Both the position numbers and the translations under genes were made by a program. Below, piece by piece: positions 7,336-16,032 of a stretch of 20,638 nt of DNA (position 1 is the stretch's first letter; every line of letters starts with the position of its first letter). This DNA is from Candidatus Methylomirabilia bacterium. GTDB lineage: Bacteria; Methylomirabilota; Methylomirabilia; Rokubacteriales; CSP1-6. The notes under the pieces were generated by a model. That model saw only the letters and a list, made by a program, of their open reading frames with translations. It did no database searches and had not been told where the DNA came from. The stretch spans positions 1-20,638 of the forward strand of contig JBGQHJ010000089.1 in the NCBI GenBank assembly GCA_041497895.1, in the 5' to 3' direction.

Positions 7336-8180
7336 GCCTCACCATCTTCTCGGTGGCGGTGCTCTTCACGTCCCTGGGCGCGGGCGTGGTGGGCGCCATC
7401 CTGGGGCTGGGCGGCGGCATCCTGCTGGTCCCGATCCTCACCGTCTTCTACGGCGTCGACATCCACTACGCGATGGGGGCCAGCATCATCTCGGTCATCG
7501 CCACCTCGAGCGGGGCCGCCGCGTCCTACCTGCGCACCGGGCTCAGCAACCTGCGAATCGGCCTGTTCCTGGTGGTGGCCACCATTGCCGGCGCGCTGAC
7601 CGGGGCGTTCCTGGCCGGGGTGGTGCCGACGCGCTGGCTCGAGCTGATCCTGGGGTTCGCGCTCTCCTACTCTGCGTACACCACCGTCCGCCAGCTCGCC
7701 GACGAGCTGCCCGAGGACACCTCCGCCGACCGCCTCGCGATCCGCTTCGGCCTCGAAGGCGCGTATCACGACCTGCGGCTGCAGCGTCATGTCGCCTACC
7801 GGGCCCGGAACGTGGTCGGCGGCTTCACCGCGATGTTCGGAGCGGGCGTGCTCTCCGGCATGCTCGGCATCGGCAGCGGCGCCTTCAAGGTGCTGGCCAT
7901 GGACTACCTGATGCGCCTGCCCATGAAGGTCTCCACCGCCACCAGCAACTTCATGATCGGGCTGACCGCGGCCGCGAGCGCCGGCATCTACTTCAGCCGG
8001 GGCGACATCCACGTCCTGATCGTGGCCCCGGTGGCCATCGGGGTGATGGCCGGCGCCTACGTGGGCACCCACCTGATCGCCTACATGCGCAATACCACGG
8101 TGCGGAAGCTCTTCCTGCCCATCGTGGTCTACCTGGCGCTCTCGATGATCCTCCGCGGGCTCGGCATCCACCTGCTGTGA
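7332..8180 (+). CDS. TSUP (TauE/SafE, sulfite exporter family) transporter, 282 aa
   Basis: ATGA overlap with the cydB stop; two repeats GAILGLGGG.LLVP / SGMLGIGSG.FKV, plus SVIATSSGAA and P.KVSTATSNFMIG.TAAASA. Confidence 0.92.
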   Translation: MSLTIFSVAVLFTSLGAGVVGAILGLGGGILLVPILTVFYGVDIHYAMGASIISVIATSSGAAASYLRTGLSNLRIGLFLVVATIAGALTGAFLAGVVPTRWLELILGFALSYSAYTTVRQLADELPEDTSADRLAIRFGLEGAYHDLRLQRHVAYRARNVVGGFTAMFGAGVLSGMLGIGSGAFKVLAMDYLMRLPMKVSTATSNFMIGLTAAASAGIYFSRGDIHVLIVAPVAIGVMAGAYVGTHLIAYMRNTTVRKLFLPIVVYLALSMILRGLGIHLL

Positions 8181-8584
8181 CCGAGCCCCGCCAGGTCCAC
8201 ACCGCCGTCGAGCATCTCGTGGCGCGGGTCCTGCTCGTGGGCGGGCTCGCCGGGCTCGTCCTGATCGCGCTCGGGCTGGGAATCTATGCCGCGCACGGCG
8301 GCTTCCACCACCAGGTCCTCGTCCTCAAGCGCGAGCCCGGCGCGCCACCGCCGGGGGTCTTCAGCTCGCTACGGCAGGTCGTGCAGGGCGTCCGGCGCCG
8401 ACCGATCGACCCGCTCGCGGTGAGCGCGATCGGGCTGGTCGTGCTCATGCTCACGCCGGGCGTCGCGGTCACCGTGGCGCTCCCCTGCTTCCTGGCCGAG
8501 CGGGACTATCGCCACGCGACGATCGCCGCGGCGGTGCTGTCGATGCTGCTGGTGAGCCTGCTCCTGGCCGGCGCCATCCACTAG
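8177..8584 (+). CDS. DUF1634 family membrane protein, 135 aa
   Basis: GTGA overlap with the TSUP stop; three hydrophobic helices, GLVVLMLTP..V....F..ERD pattern; DUF1634 genes typically follow this TSUP subfamily. Confidence 0.8.
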   Translation: MTEPRQVHTAVEHLVARVLLVGGLAGLVLIALGLGIYAAHGGFHHQVLVLKREPGAPPPGVFSSLRQVVQGVRRRPIDPLAVSAIGLVVLMLTPGVAVTVALPCFLAERDYRHATIAAAVLSMLLVSLLLAGAIH

Positions 8585-8607
8585 CGTCGCGCACCGGCGC
8601 GGGACGC
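8584..8607. terminator. GC-rich hairpin between convergent operons (possible terminator without U-tract)
   Basis: gcgtc-gcgc-accg-gcgc-gg-gacgc fills the 25-nt gap between the DUF1634 and arfB stops; no poly-T on either side. Confidence 0.3.
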
Positions 8608-8609
8608 GC

Positions 8610-9041
8610 TCAGTCTCCCTCGCTCGGCCGCGCGCGCCGACGCTTGAGGTCGGCTCGCCGCTTCTTCTCGGTCAGGCGGCGCCTCCGCGCCCCGGCGGAC
8701 GGCCTCGTCTTCACGCGCCGGCGGGGGGCCACCAGCGCGGCGCGGATCAGGTCGGCAACCCGGGCGCGGGCATCCTCGAGATTGTGCGCCTGGGTGCGCG
8801 TGGCCTGGCTCGTCATCACGAGGCACCCCTCGGTATCGATCCGGTGGCGGGCCAGGCCCTGGAGTCTCGCCCGCGCATCGTCGGACAATCCCTCGATCAG
8901 GGCCAGGTCCACGCGCAGGTCGATCTTGGTCGAGACCTTGTTGACGTTCTGGCCGCCGGGCCCCGAGGCCCGCACCGCGTGTACGGTCAGCGCGGCCACC
9001 GGGACGCGCACCGTCCCGGTCACGACGATCGGGTCGGCCAT
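8610..9041 (-). CDS. arfB: Alternative ribosome rescue peptidyl-tRNA hydrolase ArfB (YaeJ), 143 aa
   Basis: ATG 9041 (MADPIVV); RASGPGGQNVNKVST (GGQ), SQATRTQAHN, basic C-tail R..TRPS.GARRRRL.EKKRR. Confidence 0.93.
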   Translation of the reverse strand: MADPIVVTGTVRVPVAALTVHAVRASGPGGQNVNKVSTKIDLRVDLALIEGLSDDARARLQGLARHRIDTEGCLVMTSQATRTQAHNLEDARARVADLIRAALVAPRRRVKTRPSAGARRRRLTEKKRRADLKRRRARPSEGD

Positions 9042-9535
9042 GCGGTCGGCAGGCGCGCGGTGAGCGCGCGCACGAACTCGTCGGGATCGGACGGCGAGAG
9101 CACCACCATGCCGCCCGCCGTCTCCAGGAACACGAGGTCGTCGGTGTTGGTGATCGCGAGGTAGTGCCAGCCGGTGCGCGGGTTCCAGCGCGGGCCGTAG
9201 GAGCCGAAGAGCCCGTTGATGCCGACCGCCAGGAGCCCGCCGATCGGCCGGCGCCGGCGATCGCAGGCGCCGATGCGATCGTAGGGAATGAGGCGCCGCA
9301 GCCAGCGCCGCTCGATACGCACCCCACGGTCCTCCAGCGTGTAGCCGCTCGGGGCCAGGCCCTGGATGGCCCACAGCGCCCCCAGGAACGGGAGCGGCAG
9401 GATCAGCGCGCTCGGATCACCGGTGGCCGCGACCAGCGCCACCGATATCAGGAAGGGCACCACGAAACCGACCCCGACGCCCAGCACCCCGGCGAGCAGG
9501 CGCTGCCTCCGGCCGAGGGACGCCGGGAAGTGCAC
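9020..9535 (-). CDS. Membrane-anchored bacterial PH-domain protein (bPH_5-like), ~171 aa
   Basis: GTG at 9535 overlaps the ndk stop (TAGTG); two TM helices, then P.GYTL....V.IER, G.NGLFGSYG, VVLSPSDPDEF typical of bacterial PH domains. Confidence 0.75.
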   Translation of the reverse strand: MHFPASLGRRQRLLAGVLGVGVGFVVPFLISVALVAATGDPSALILPLPFLGALWAIQGLAPSGYTLEDRGVRIERRWLRRLIPYDRIGACDRRRRPIGGLLAVGINGLFGSYGPRWNPRTGWHYLAITNTDDLVFLETAGGMVVLSPSDPDEFVRALTARLPTAWPTRSS

Positions 9536-9960
9536 TACCGGGGGAAGATCTCGAGCGCGCCGAAGAAGTAGGGGATCTCGAAGGCGGCCGACTCGGGCGA
9601 GTCGGAGCCGTGGACCGCGTTGGCCTCGATGGACGACGCGAAGTCCTTCCGGATCGTCCCCGCGTCGGCCTTGGCCGGATCGGTGGCGCCCATCAGCTCC
9701 CGCAGGCGCGCGATCGCGTTCTCCCCTTCCAGCACGATCGGCATGCACGGCCCCTGGGTCATGAAGGCGCAGAGGCTTCCGTAGAACGGCCGCTCCTTGT
9801 GGACGATGTAGAAGCCGCCGGCCTGGGCCGCGCTCAGGTGGATGAGCTTGGCGGCCAGGAGCTTGAGGCCCGCCTTCTCGAAGCGGGCGATGATCTGGCC
9901 CGCGACGCCCTTGGCGACGGCGTCCGGCTTGAGGATGGTGAGCGTGCGCTGGACGGCCAT
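9535..9960 (-). CDS. ndk: Nucleoside-diphosphate kinase, 141 aa
   Basis: [42 protein letters not shown] (phospho-His). Confidence 0.98.
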   Translation of the reverse strand: MAVQRTLTILKPDAVAKGVAGQIIARFEKAGLKLLAAKLIHLSAAQAGGFYIVHKERPFYGSLCAFMTQGPCMPIVLEGENAIARLRELMGATDPAKADAGTIRKDFASSIEANAVHGSDSPESAAFEIPYFFGALEIFPR

Positions 9961-9973
9961 CGGGGACGGGTCC

Positions 9974-10852
9974 CTACCCTTTCTTGCCCACCACGCGGGC
10001 GACGGTCGCGCCCATGTCGGCGGGGCTCTTGACGGTGGTGATGCCGGCGGCTTCCATGGCCGCCATCTTCTCGGCCGCGGTCCCTTTGCCTCCCGCGATG
10101 ATGGCGCCCGCGTGGCCCATGCGGCGGCCGGGCGGCGCGGTCTGGCCGCAGATGAAGCCGACGACCGGCTTGGTGACGTGCGCCTTGATGAAGGCGGCCG
10201 CCTCTTCCTCCGCGGTGCCGCCGATCTCGCCGATCATCATGATCGAGGTCGTGTCGGGGTCGGCCTGGAAGAGCTTCAGCACCTCGATGAAGTTGGTGCC
10301 GTTGACCGGGTCGCCCCCGATACCCACGCAGGTCGACTGGCCGAGCCCGCGCTGGGTGAGCTGGTGGACGACCTCGTAGGTGAGCGTCCCGCTGCGGGAG
10401 ACCACGCCCACGTTGCCGACCTTGTGGATGTGGCCCGGCATGATCCCGATCTTGGCCTGGCCCGGCGTGATCAGGCCCGGGCAGTTGGGGCCGATGAGGC
10501 GGCTCGCGGTGCGCGAGAGGAACGCCTTCACCCGCACCATGTCCGTCACCGGCACGCCCTCGGTGATGCACACGATGAGCGGCATCCCCGCGTCGGCCGC
10601 CTCCATGATGGCGTCGGCCGCGGCGGGAGGCGGGACGAAGATCAGCGCGCAGTCGGCCCCGGTCGCCTTGACCGCGTCCTCGACCGTGTTCCAGACCGCG
10701 AAGCCCTCGTGGGTGCTGCCGCCCTTGCCCGGCGTGACGCCACCCACCACCTGGGTGCCGTACTCCTTGCAGCGCGCGGCGTGGAAGGCGCCCTCCTTGC
10801 CGGTGATGCCCTGCACCAGGACTTTCGTAGTACGGTCGACGAGAATGCTCAT
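9974..10852 (-). CDS. sucD: Succinyl-CoA synthetase alpha subunit, 292 aa
   Basis: MSILV...[50 protein letters not shown] (phospho-His). Confidence 0.98.
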   Translation of the reverse strand: MSILVDRTTKVLVQGITGKEGAFHAARCKEYGTQVVGGVTPGKGGSTHEGFAVWNTVEDAVKATGADCALIFVPPPAAADAIMEAADAGMPLIVCITEGVPVTDMVRVKAFLSRTASRLIGPNCPGLITPGQAKIGIMPGHIHKVGNVGVVSRSGTLTYEVVHQLTQRGLGQSTCVGIGGDPVNGTNFIEVLKLFQADPDTTSIMMIGEIGGTAEEEAAAFIKAHVTKPVVGFICGQTAPPGRRMGHAGAIIAGGKGTAAEKMAAMEAAGITTVKSPADMGATVARVVGKKG

Positions 10853-10918
10853 GGTTTGGCGGTTGGGCCTCTTCGCCCTTCGTGCTCATCGGGGCGGCGC
10901 CGCAACCGGACGATCATG
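10849..10918 (-). repeat. Palindromic intercistronic insert with a 22-aa bridging mini-ORF (MIRU-like)
   Basis: Flanked by CATGA on both sides (10914-10918, 10849-10853); stems CGGTTG/CAACCG and CGCCC/GGGCG; mini-ORF 10917-10849 [22 protein letters not shown] overlaps the sucC stop and the sucD start. Only one copy in this window. Confidence 0.55.
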
Positions 10919-12083
10919 CGCGCCCGCCCCGGGCGAGCGCGACGACCTTCTTCGCACCCTCGCCCATGTCGTCGGCCATCACGAGCGAGAGGCCCGACTC
11001 GGCGAGCATCTTCTTGCCCTGCTCGACGTTCGTCCCCTCGGCGCGGAGCACCACCGGGAGCTTGAGCCCGAGCTTCTTGACCGCCGAGATCACGCCCTCC
11101 GCGAGCCGGTCGACTCGCAGGATTCCCCCGAACACGTTGATGAAGACCGCCTTCACGCTCGGGTCGGAGGAGAGGATGCGGAACGCGTTCTCGATCTGCT
11201 CGGGCGAGGCCCCGCCGCCCACGTCCAGGAAGTTGGCCGGCTCGCCGCCGGCCAGCTTGATGATGTCCATGGTGGCCATGGCGAGCCCGGCCCCGTTCAC
11301 CATGCAGCCCACGTTGCCGTCGAGCTTGATGTAGTTGAGGCTGTACTTCGACGCCTCGACGTCGAGCGGCGTCTCCTCGTTGACGTCGCGCAGGGCCACG
11401 ATCTCCTGGTGGCGGTAGAGCGCGTTGTCGTCGAAGTTGAGCTTGGCGTCGAGCGCGATCACTCGACCGTCCTTGGTCACCACCAGGGGGTTGATCTCGG
11501 CGAGCGAGCAATCCTTGGCGAGGTAGGCCCGGAACAGGTTGCCGATCAGGGCGACGCCCTGCTTGAACTGCTCGCCGGCGAGCCCGAGCCCGAAGGCCAG
11601 GTTGCGGGCCTGGAAGGCCTGCAGGCCGAGCGCCGGGTCGGTCCACTCGCGGATGATCTTCTCCGGGTGGGTGGCCGCGACCTCCTCGATCTCCATGCCG
11701 CCGGCCTGCGAGGCCATCACTACGTGGGTGCTGCGGCCGCGGTCGAGCGTCATCGAGAGGTAGAGCTCGGCGGCGATCGGCGAAGCCTCCTCCACCAGAA
11801 CCTTCAGCACCTTGATGCCCTCGGGCGGCGTCTGCGGCGTCTTCAGCATCATGCCGAGGATCTGCCGGGCCGCGGCCTCCGCGCCCGCCGGGTCGTCGGC
11901 CAGCTTCACCCCGCCCGCCTTGCCGCGCCCGCCCGCGTGCACCTGGGCCTTGACGACCACGCGCCCCCCCAGCCGCTCCGCGATCGCGCCGGCCTGGGCC
12001 GGGGTGTCGGCCACGTCCCCGCCGGGGACGGGCACTCCAAACTCCTTGAGGATGGCCTTGCCCTGATACTCGTGGATCTTCAT
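10914..12083 (-). CDS. sucC: Succinyl-CoA synthetase beta subunit, 389 aa
   Basis: MKIHEYQGK, VKAQVHAGGRGKAGGVK, EINPLV, DAKLNFDDNALYR, GCMVNGAGLAMATMD, PANFLDVGGGA. Confidence 0.98.
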   Translation of the reverse strand: MKIHEYQGKAILKEFGVPVPGGDVADTPAQAGAIAERLGGRVVVKAQVHAGGRGKAGGVKLADDPAGAEAAARQILGMMLKTPQTPPEGIKVLKVLVEEASPIAAELYLSMTLDRGRSTHVVMASQAGGMEIEEVAATHPEKIIREWTDPALGLQAFQARNLAFGLGLAGEQFKQGVALIGNLFRAYLAKDCSLAEINPLVVTKDGRVIALDAKLNFDDNALYRHQEIVALRDVNEETPLDVEASKYSLNYIKLDGNVGCMVNGAGLAMATMDIIKLAGGEPANFLDVGGGASPEQIENAFRILSSDPSVKAVFINVFGGILRVDRLAEGVISAVKKLGLKLPVVLRAEGTNVEQGKKMLAESGLSLVMADDMGEGAKKVVALARGGRA

Positions 12084-12087
12084 GCGA

Positions 12088-12843
12088 TCAGGGTGCCGCC
12101 TTCTTGTGGCCGCGGATCTTCCGCACGACCCACACGATCGGGTCGAAGCCGTCGGCCATCCGCTCCTTCAGCGGGATGATGCCGTTGTCCGTGATGTGGA
12201 TGTGCTCGGGGCAGACCTCGGTGCAGCACTTGGTGATGTTGCAGAGCCCGACGCCCGCCTGCTCACGGATGAACTCCGTCCGGTCGCGGGTGTCGAGCGG
12301 GTGCATCTCGAGCCCCGCGATCTTGATGAAGAACCGCGGGCCGGAGAAGCGCTTCTTGTGGTCCTCGTGGTCGCGGATGACGTGGCAGACGTCCTGGCAC
12401 AGGAAGCACTCGATGCACTTGTGGAACTCCTGGCCCCGATCGACGTCTTCCTGCATCATCCGGTACTTGCCGTCCGGATCGGGCGCCTTCAGACGCAGCG
12501 GCGGTACCTGCTTGGCCTTCTCGAAGTTGTAGGAGACGTCGGTTACGAGGTCCCGGATCAGCGGGAAGGCACGGATGGGCGCGACGGAGATGGGCTCGTC
12601 CTCCTTGAAGATGTCCATCCGGGTCATGCACATGAGCCGGGGCTTGCCGTTGATCTCCGCGCTGCACGAGCCGCACTTGCCCGCCTTGCAGTTCCACCGG
12701 CAGGCGAGGTCGTTGGCCTGGGTGGCCTGGATCCGGTGAATGAGGTCGAGCACCACCATGCCCTCGCCGGCCTCGACCCGGTATTCCTTGAAGTCGCCGC
12801 TCTCGGGACTGCCGCGGAACACCCGCATCGTGAAGGTGGCCAT
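12088..12843 (-). CDS. sdhB: Succinate dehydrogenase/fumarate reductase iron-sulfur subunit, 251 aa
   Basis: Start ATG 12843 (or GTG 12846) overlapping the sdhA stop; CKAGKCGSC...C, CIECFLCQDVC and CNITKCCTEVCP Fe-S motifs, in the mycobacterial Sdh1 style. Confidence 0.95.
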   Translation of the reverse strand: MATFTMRVFRGSPESGDFKEYRVEAGEGMVVLDLIHRIQATQANDLACRWNCKAGKCGSCSAEINGKPRLMCMTRMDIFKEDEPISVAPIRAFPLIRDLVTDVSYNFEKAKQVPPLRLKAPDPDGKYRMMQEDVDRGQEFHKCIECFLCQDVCHVIRDHEDHKKRFSGPRFFIKIAGLEMHPLDTRDRTEFIREQAGVGLCNITKCCTEVCPEHIHITDNGIIPLKERMADGFDPIVWVVRKIRGHKKAAP

Positions 12844-14645
12844 CACTTTCTCTCCTGGAAGAGGGCCTTCAGCTCGGGCGGCATCTGGGGCAGCGGCTCG
12901 CGCCGGAGCTGGATCGATCCCTCGCGGTGGCGCAGCGCCAGGTTGACGGCGCCCCACTGGTCGTCCGTATACGGGTGATCCTCGCGAGTGTGACCGCCAC
13001 GGCTCTCCTTGCGCTCCAGCGCGGCCATGGCGCAGCACTCGGCCACCGTGAGCAGCGAGCTCAGATCCAGTGCCGTGTGCCAGGCGGGGTTGTAGATCCG
13101 CCCGCCTTCCACCCGCACCCTCCCGGCGCGCTGCTTGAGGGCCTCGATCTTCTTGAGCGCCTCCTTGAGCTCGCTCTCCACCCGGATGATCCCCACCAGG
13201 TCCTGCATCGTCTCTTGCAGGTCGGACTGGATCGCGTACGGATTCTCGTTGCCGGAGCGCGTGAAGGGCTCCAGGATCTGCCGGACGATCGACTCCACCT
13301 GCCCCGAGTCCACCGCGATCTGCCCGCCCAGGTTCTTGGCGTAGAGCGCGGCGTGCAGCCCGGCGCGACGGCCGAAGACCAGAAGATCGGAGAGCGAGTT
13401 GCCGCCGAGGCGGTTGGATCCGTGGAGACCCCCGGCCGCCTCGCCGGCCGCGAAGAGGCCGGGCACGGTGGCCGCGGTGGAATCGGCGTCCACCCGCACC
13501 CCGCCCATCAGGTAGTGGCAGGTGGGCCCGACCTCCATCGGCTCCTTGGTGATGTCCACGCCCGCCAGCTCCTTGAACTGGTGGTACATGGAGGGCAGCC
13601 GCCTGCGGATGTAGTCGGCCGGCCGGCGCGAGGCGATGTCGAGGAAGACGCCGCCGTGCGGGGTGCCCCGTCCCGCCTTCACCTCGGAGTTGATGGCGCG
13701 CGCCACCTCGTCGCGGGGCAAGAGGTCGGCGGTGCGGCGGTTGTTCTTCTTGTCCGTATACCAGCGGTCGGCTTCCGCTTCGTTGTCCGCCGTCTCCCCC
13801 TTGAAGAACTCGGGGATGTAGTTGAACATGAACCGCTCGCCCTTGCTGTTCTTGAGCGTGCCCCCGTCGCCCCGCACGCCCTCCGTCACCAGAAGGCCCC
13901 GCACCGATAGCGGCCAGACCATGCCGGTCGGGTGGAACTGGACGAACTCCATGTCGATGAGGTCGGCCCCGGCCCACAGGGCGAGCGACTGACCGTCTCC
14001 GGTGTACTCCCAGGAGTTGGAGGTGAACTTCCACGCCCGCCCGATGCCGCCCGTCGCCAGCACGATGGCCTTGGCCTTGAAGAGCACGAACTTGCCGGTG
14101 TTCCGCCAGTAGCCGAAGGCGCCGCCCACGCGGTCGCCGTCCTTCAGCAACCGCTCGATCTTGCACTCCATGTAGACGTCGATGCCCTGATGGATACCGT
14201 GGTACTGGAGCGTGCGGATCATCTCGAGACCGGTGCGGTCGCCCACGTGGGCCAGACGCGCGTAGCGGTGACCGCCGAAGTCGCGCTGGAGGATCAGGCC
14301 GTCCTTGGTCCGATCGAAGAGGGCCCCGTAGCGCTCCAGCTCCAGCACGCGGTCCGGGGCCTCCTGGGCGTGGAGCTGGGCCATGCGCCAGTTGTTGAGC
14401 ATCTTGCCACCGCGCATCGTGTCCCGGAAGTGGACCTGCCAGTTGTCCTCCGGGTAGACGTTGCCCATGGCGGCCGCGATGCCGCCCTCGGCCATGACGG
14501 TGTGGGCCTTGCCGAGGAGCGACTTGCAGACCAGACCGACCGACACGCCCTGCGCGGCCGCCTCGATGGCCGCGCGCAGACCGGCGCCGCCCGCGCCGAT
14601 GACCAGGACGTCGTGCTCGTGTGTCTCGTAGTCTTCGGTCGCCAT
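12843..14645 (-). CDS. sdhA: Succinate dehydrogenase/fumarate reductase flavoprotein subunit, 600 aa
   Basis: ATG 14645 (TGATG overlap); VIGAGGAG, KAHTVMAEGG (covalent FAD His), QFHPTG, TEGVRGDGG, LPRDEVAR, HYLMGG, HGSNRLGGNSL, ESRGGH. Confidence 0.96.
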   Translation of the reverse strand: MATEDYETHEHDVLVIGAGGAGLRAAIEAAAQGVSVGLVCKSLLGKAHTVMAEGGIAAAMGNVYPEDNWQVHFRDTMRGGKMLNNWRMAQLHAQEAPDRVLELERYGALFDRTKDGLILQRDFGGHRYARLAHVGDRTGLEMIRTLQYHGIHQGIDVYMECKIERLLKDGDRVGGAFGYWRNTGKFVLFKAKAIVLATGGIGRAWKFTSNSWEYTGDGQSLALWAGADLIDMEFVQFHPTGMVWPLSVRGLLVTEGVRGDGGTLKNSKGERFMFNYIPEFFKGETADNEAEADRWYTDKKNNRRTADLLPRDEVARAINSEVKAGRGTPHGGVFLDIASRRPADYIRRRLPSMYHQFKELAGVDITKEPMEVGPTCHYLMGGVRVDADSTAATVPGLFAAGEAAGGLHGSNRLGGNSLSDLLVFGRRAGLHAALYAKNLGGQIAVDSGQVESIVRQILEPFTRSGNENPYAIQSDLQETMQDLVGIIRVESELKEALKKIEALKQRAGRVRVEGGRIYNPAWHTALDLSSLLTVAECCAMAALERKESRGGHTREDHPYTDDQWGAVNLALRHREGSIQLRREPLPQMPPELKALFQERK

Positions 14646-15457
14646 CAGATGATCCTCCAGTCCCGGATGATCCCCATGGAGACGAGCCGGATGTAGAGGT
14701 CCGTCAGCCCCACGCTGAACAAGGAAAGCCAGGCGAAGACCGGGTGCCTCTCGTTGAGCCGCGTGATCCCGCGCCACAGCCGGTAGCGCACCGGCGCGTT
14801 GGAGAACACGTCCACCACCCCGCCGCAGACGTGCCGGCAGGAGTGGCACGAGAAGGTGTAGCCGGCCAGGAACAGCACGTTGATCCACATCACGATGGTG
14901 CCCACCCCGATCCCGAAGCCGTCCCTGAAGCGGAAGGCCAGGATCGCGTCCCAGGTCAGCATCACGATGAAGAGCACTGCCACGTACCAGGTGTAGCGGT
15001 GGAAGTACTGCAGGATGAGCGGGAAGCGGGTCTCCCCGGTATAGCCCGACTTGGCGTCCCGCACCGCGCAGGCCGCCGGGGCCAGCCAGAAGGAGCGGTA
15101 GTACGCCTTGCGGTAGTAGTAGCAGCTCAGGCGGAAGAGGCCCGGGCCGCCCAGGATGAGGAACGCGGGCGACACCACCCCGATGACCGGGAACGTGAAG
15201 TCGGGCAGCGTCCACCCCCCGAAGCTGTGGTGCAGGCACGCCTTGGTGAGGCACGGCGAGTAGAAGGGCGACAGGTACGGATCGGCGAAGTAGTGGGCGT
15301 TCTGGAACGCGGCCCACGTGGAGTAGACGATGAAGGACAGCAGCACGACCACCACCGTGAGCGGGAGCGCCCACCACGAATCCGTCCGCAGGTGCGCCGC
15401 CCGGATGGGCGGCCGCGCCGCGATGCGGCCCTGCCCCTGCGCCGTTGCGCCGTTCAT
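14645..15457 (-). CDS. sdhC: Succinate dehydrogenase membrane anchor, mycobacterial Sdh1 (Rv0249c-like) type, 270 aa
   Basis: YLSPFYSPC, FRLSCYYYRKAYYRSFW..P.ACAV, YTGETRFPLI.Q..HRY, YTFSCHSCRH..GG, LN.RH..FAW.SL; several TM helices; lies directly upstream of sdhA. Confidence 0.85.
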   Translation of the reverse strand: MNGATAQGQGRIAARPPIRAAHLRTDSWWALPLTVVVVLLSFIVYSTWAAFQNAHYFADPYLSPFYSPCLTKACLHHSFGGWTLPDFTFPVIGVVSPAFLILGGPGLFRLSCYYYRKAYYRSFWLAPAACAVRDAKSGYTGETRFPLILQYFHRYTWYVAVLFIVMLTWDAILAFRFRDGFGIGVGTIVMWINVLFLAGYTFSCHSCRHVCGGVVDVFSNAPVRYRLWRGITRLNERHPVFAWLSLFSVGLTDLYIRLVSMGIIRDWRII

Positions 15458-16032
15458 GACCCCTCCCTCGCGAAGGCCTTCATGCCGTCCTGATAGAGAT
15501 CGCCGCCGTGGCAGTCGTTGACCACGATGGCGGGGAAGTCGGCCACCTCGAGGCGGCGGATGGCCTCGGTGCCGAGATCCTCGTACGCCACCACCTCGAG
15601 CTTTTTCACGAAGCCGGACAGCACCGCCCCCGCGCCCCCGATGGCCCCGAAGTAGACCGCCTTGTGCTGGCGGAGCGCGTCCTTGACCGGCTGGGAGCGC
15701 GCGCCCTTGCCGAGCGTGCCCTTGAGCCCCAGCGCGAGCAGCTTCGGCGTGAACTTGTCCATGCGCCCGCCGGTGGTGGGGCCGATGGAGCCCACCACCT
15801 GGCCGGGCCGCGCCGGCGAGGGCCCGGTGTAGTAGATGATCTGACCGCGCACGTCGATCGGCAACGGCTTGCCCGCGTCGATGAGCGGCAGCAGCCGGGC
15901 GTGGGCCGCGTCGCGCGCGGTGTACATCACCCCGGTGATGCGCACCCGGTCGCCCGCCTTGAGCGACTCCGCGTCGGCGTCGCTCAGCGGCGGCGCGACG
16001 TCCTTGATCCCGTCGGCCCCGGTGGTGATCAT
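15454..16032 (-). CDS. fumB: Class I (Fe-S) fumarate hydratase beta subunit (TtdB-like family), 192 aa
   Basis: LKAGDRV.ITG.MYTARDAAH, IYYTGP, GPTTGGRMD, GKG, DLGTEAI..LEV.DFP.IV.ND.HG. Confidence 0.92.
   Translation of the reverse strand: MITTGADGIKDVAPPLSDADAESLKAGDRVRITGVMYTARDAAHARLLPLIDAGKPLPIDVRGQIIYYTGPSPARPGQVVGSIGPTTGGRMDKFTPKLLALGLKGTLGKGARSQPVKDALRQHKAVYFGAIGGAGAVLSGFVKKLEVVAYEDLGTEAIRRLEVADFPAIVVNDCHGGDLYQDGMKAFAREGS

Noticed and set aside
10874..10896. Hammerhead-ribozyme-like words (CCGAUGAG...CGAAG) in the sucC-sucD insert
   Set aside because: The core needs CUGAUGA, a stem II and GAAA; here two core bases differ and there is no room for stem II.
12843..15377. Apparent N-terminally extended or fused SdhA (844 aa), SdhB (692 aa), Mdh (564 aa), TSUP (571 aa), CydB (444 aa), ArfB (254 aa) and GNAT (457 aa)
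   Set aside because: The extensions are off-frame readings of the upstream gene; true starts sit at or near stop-start overlaps and give normal family lengths.
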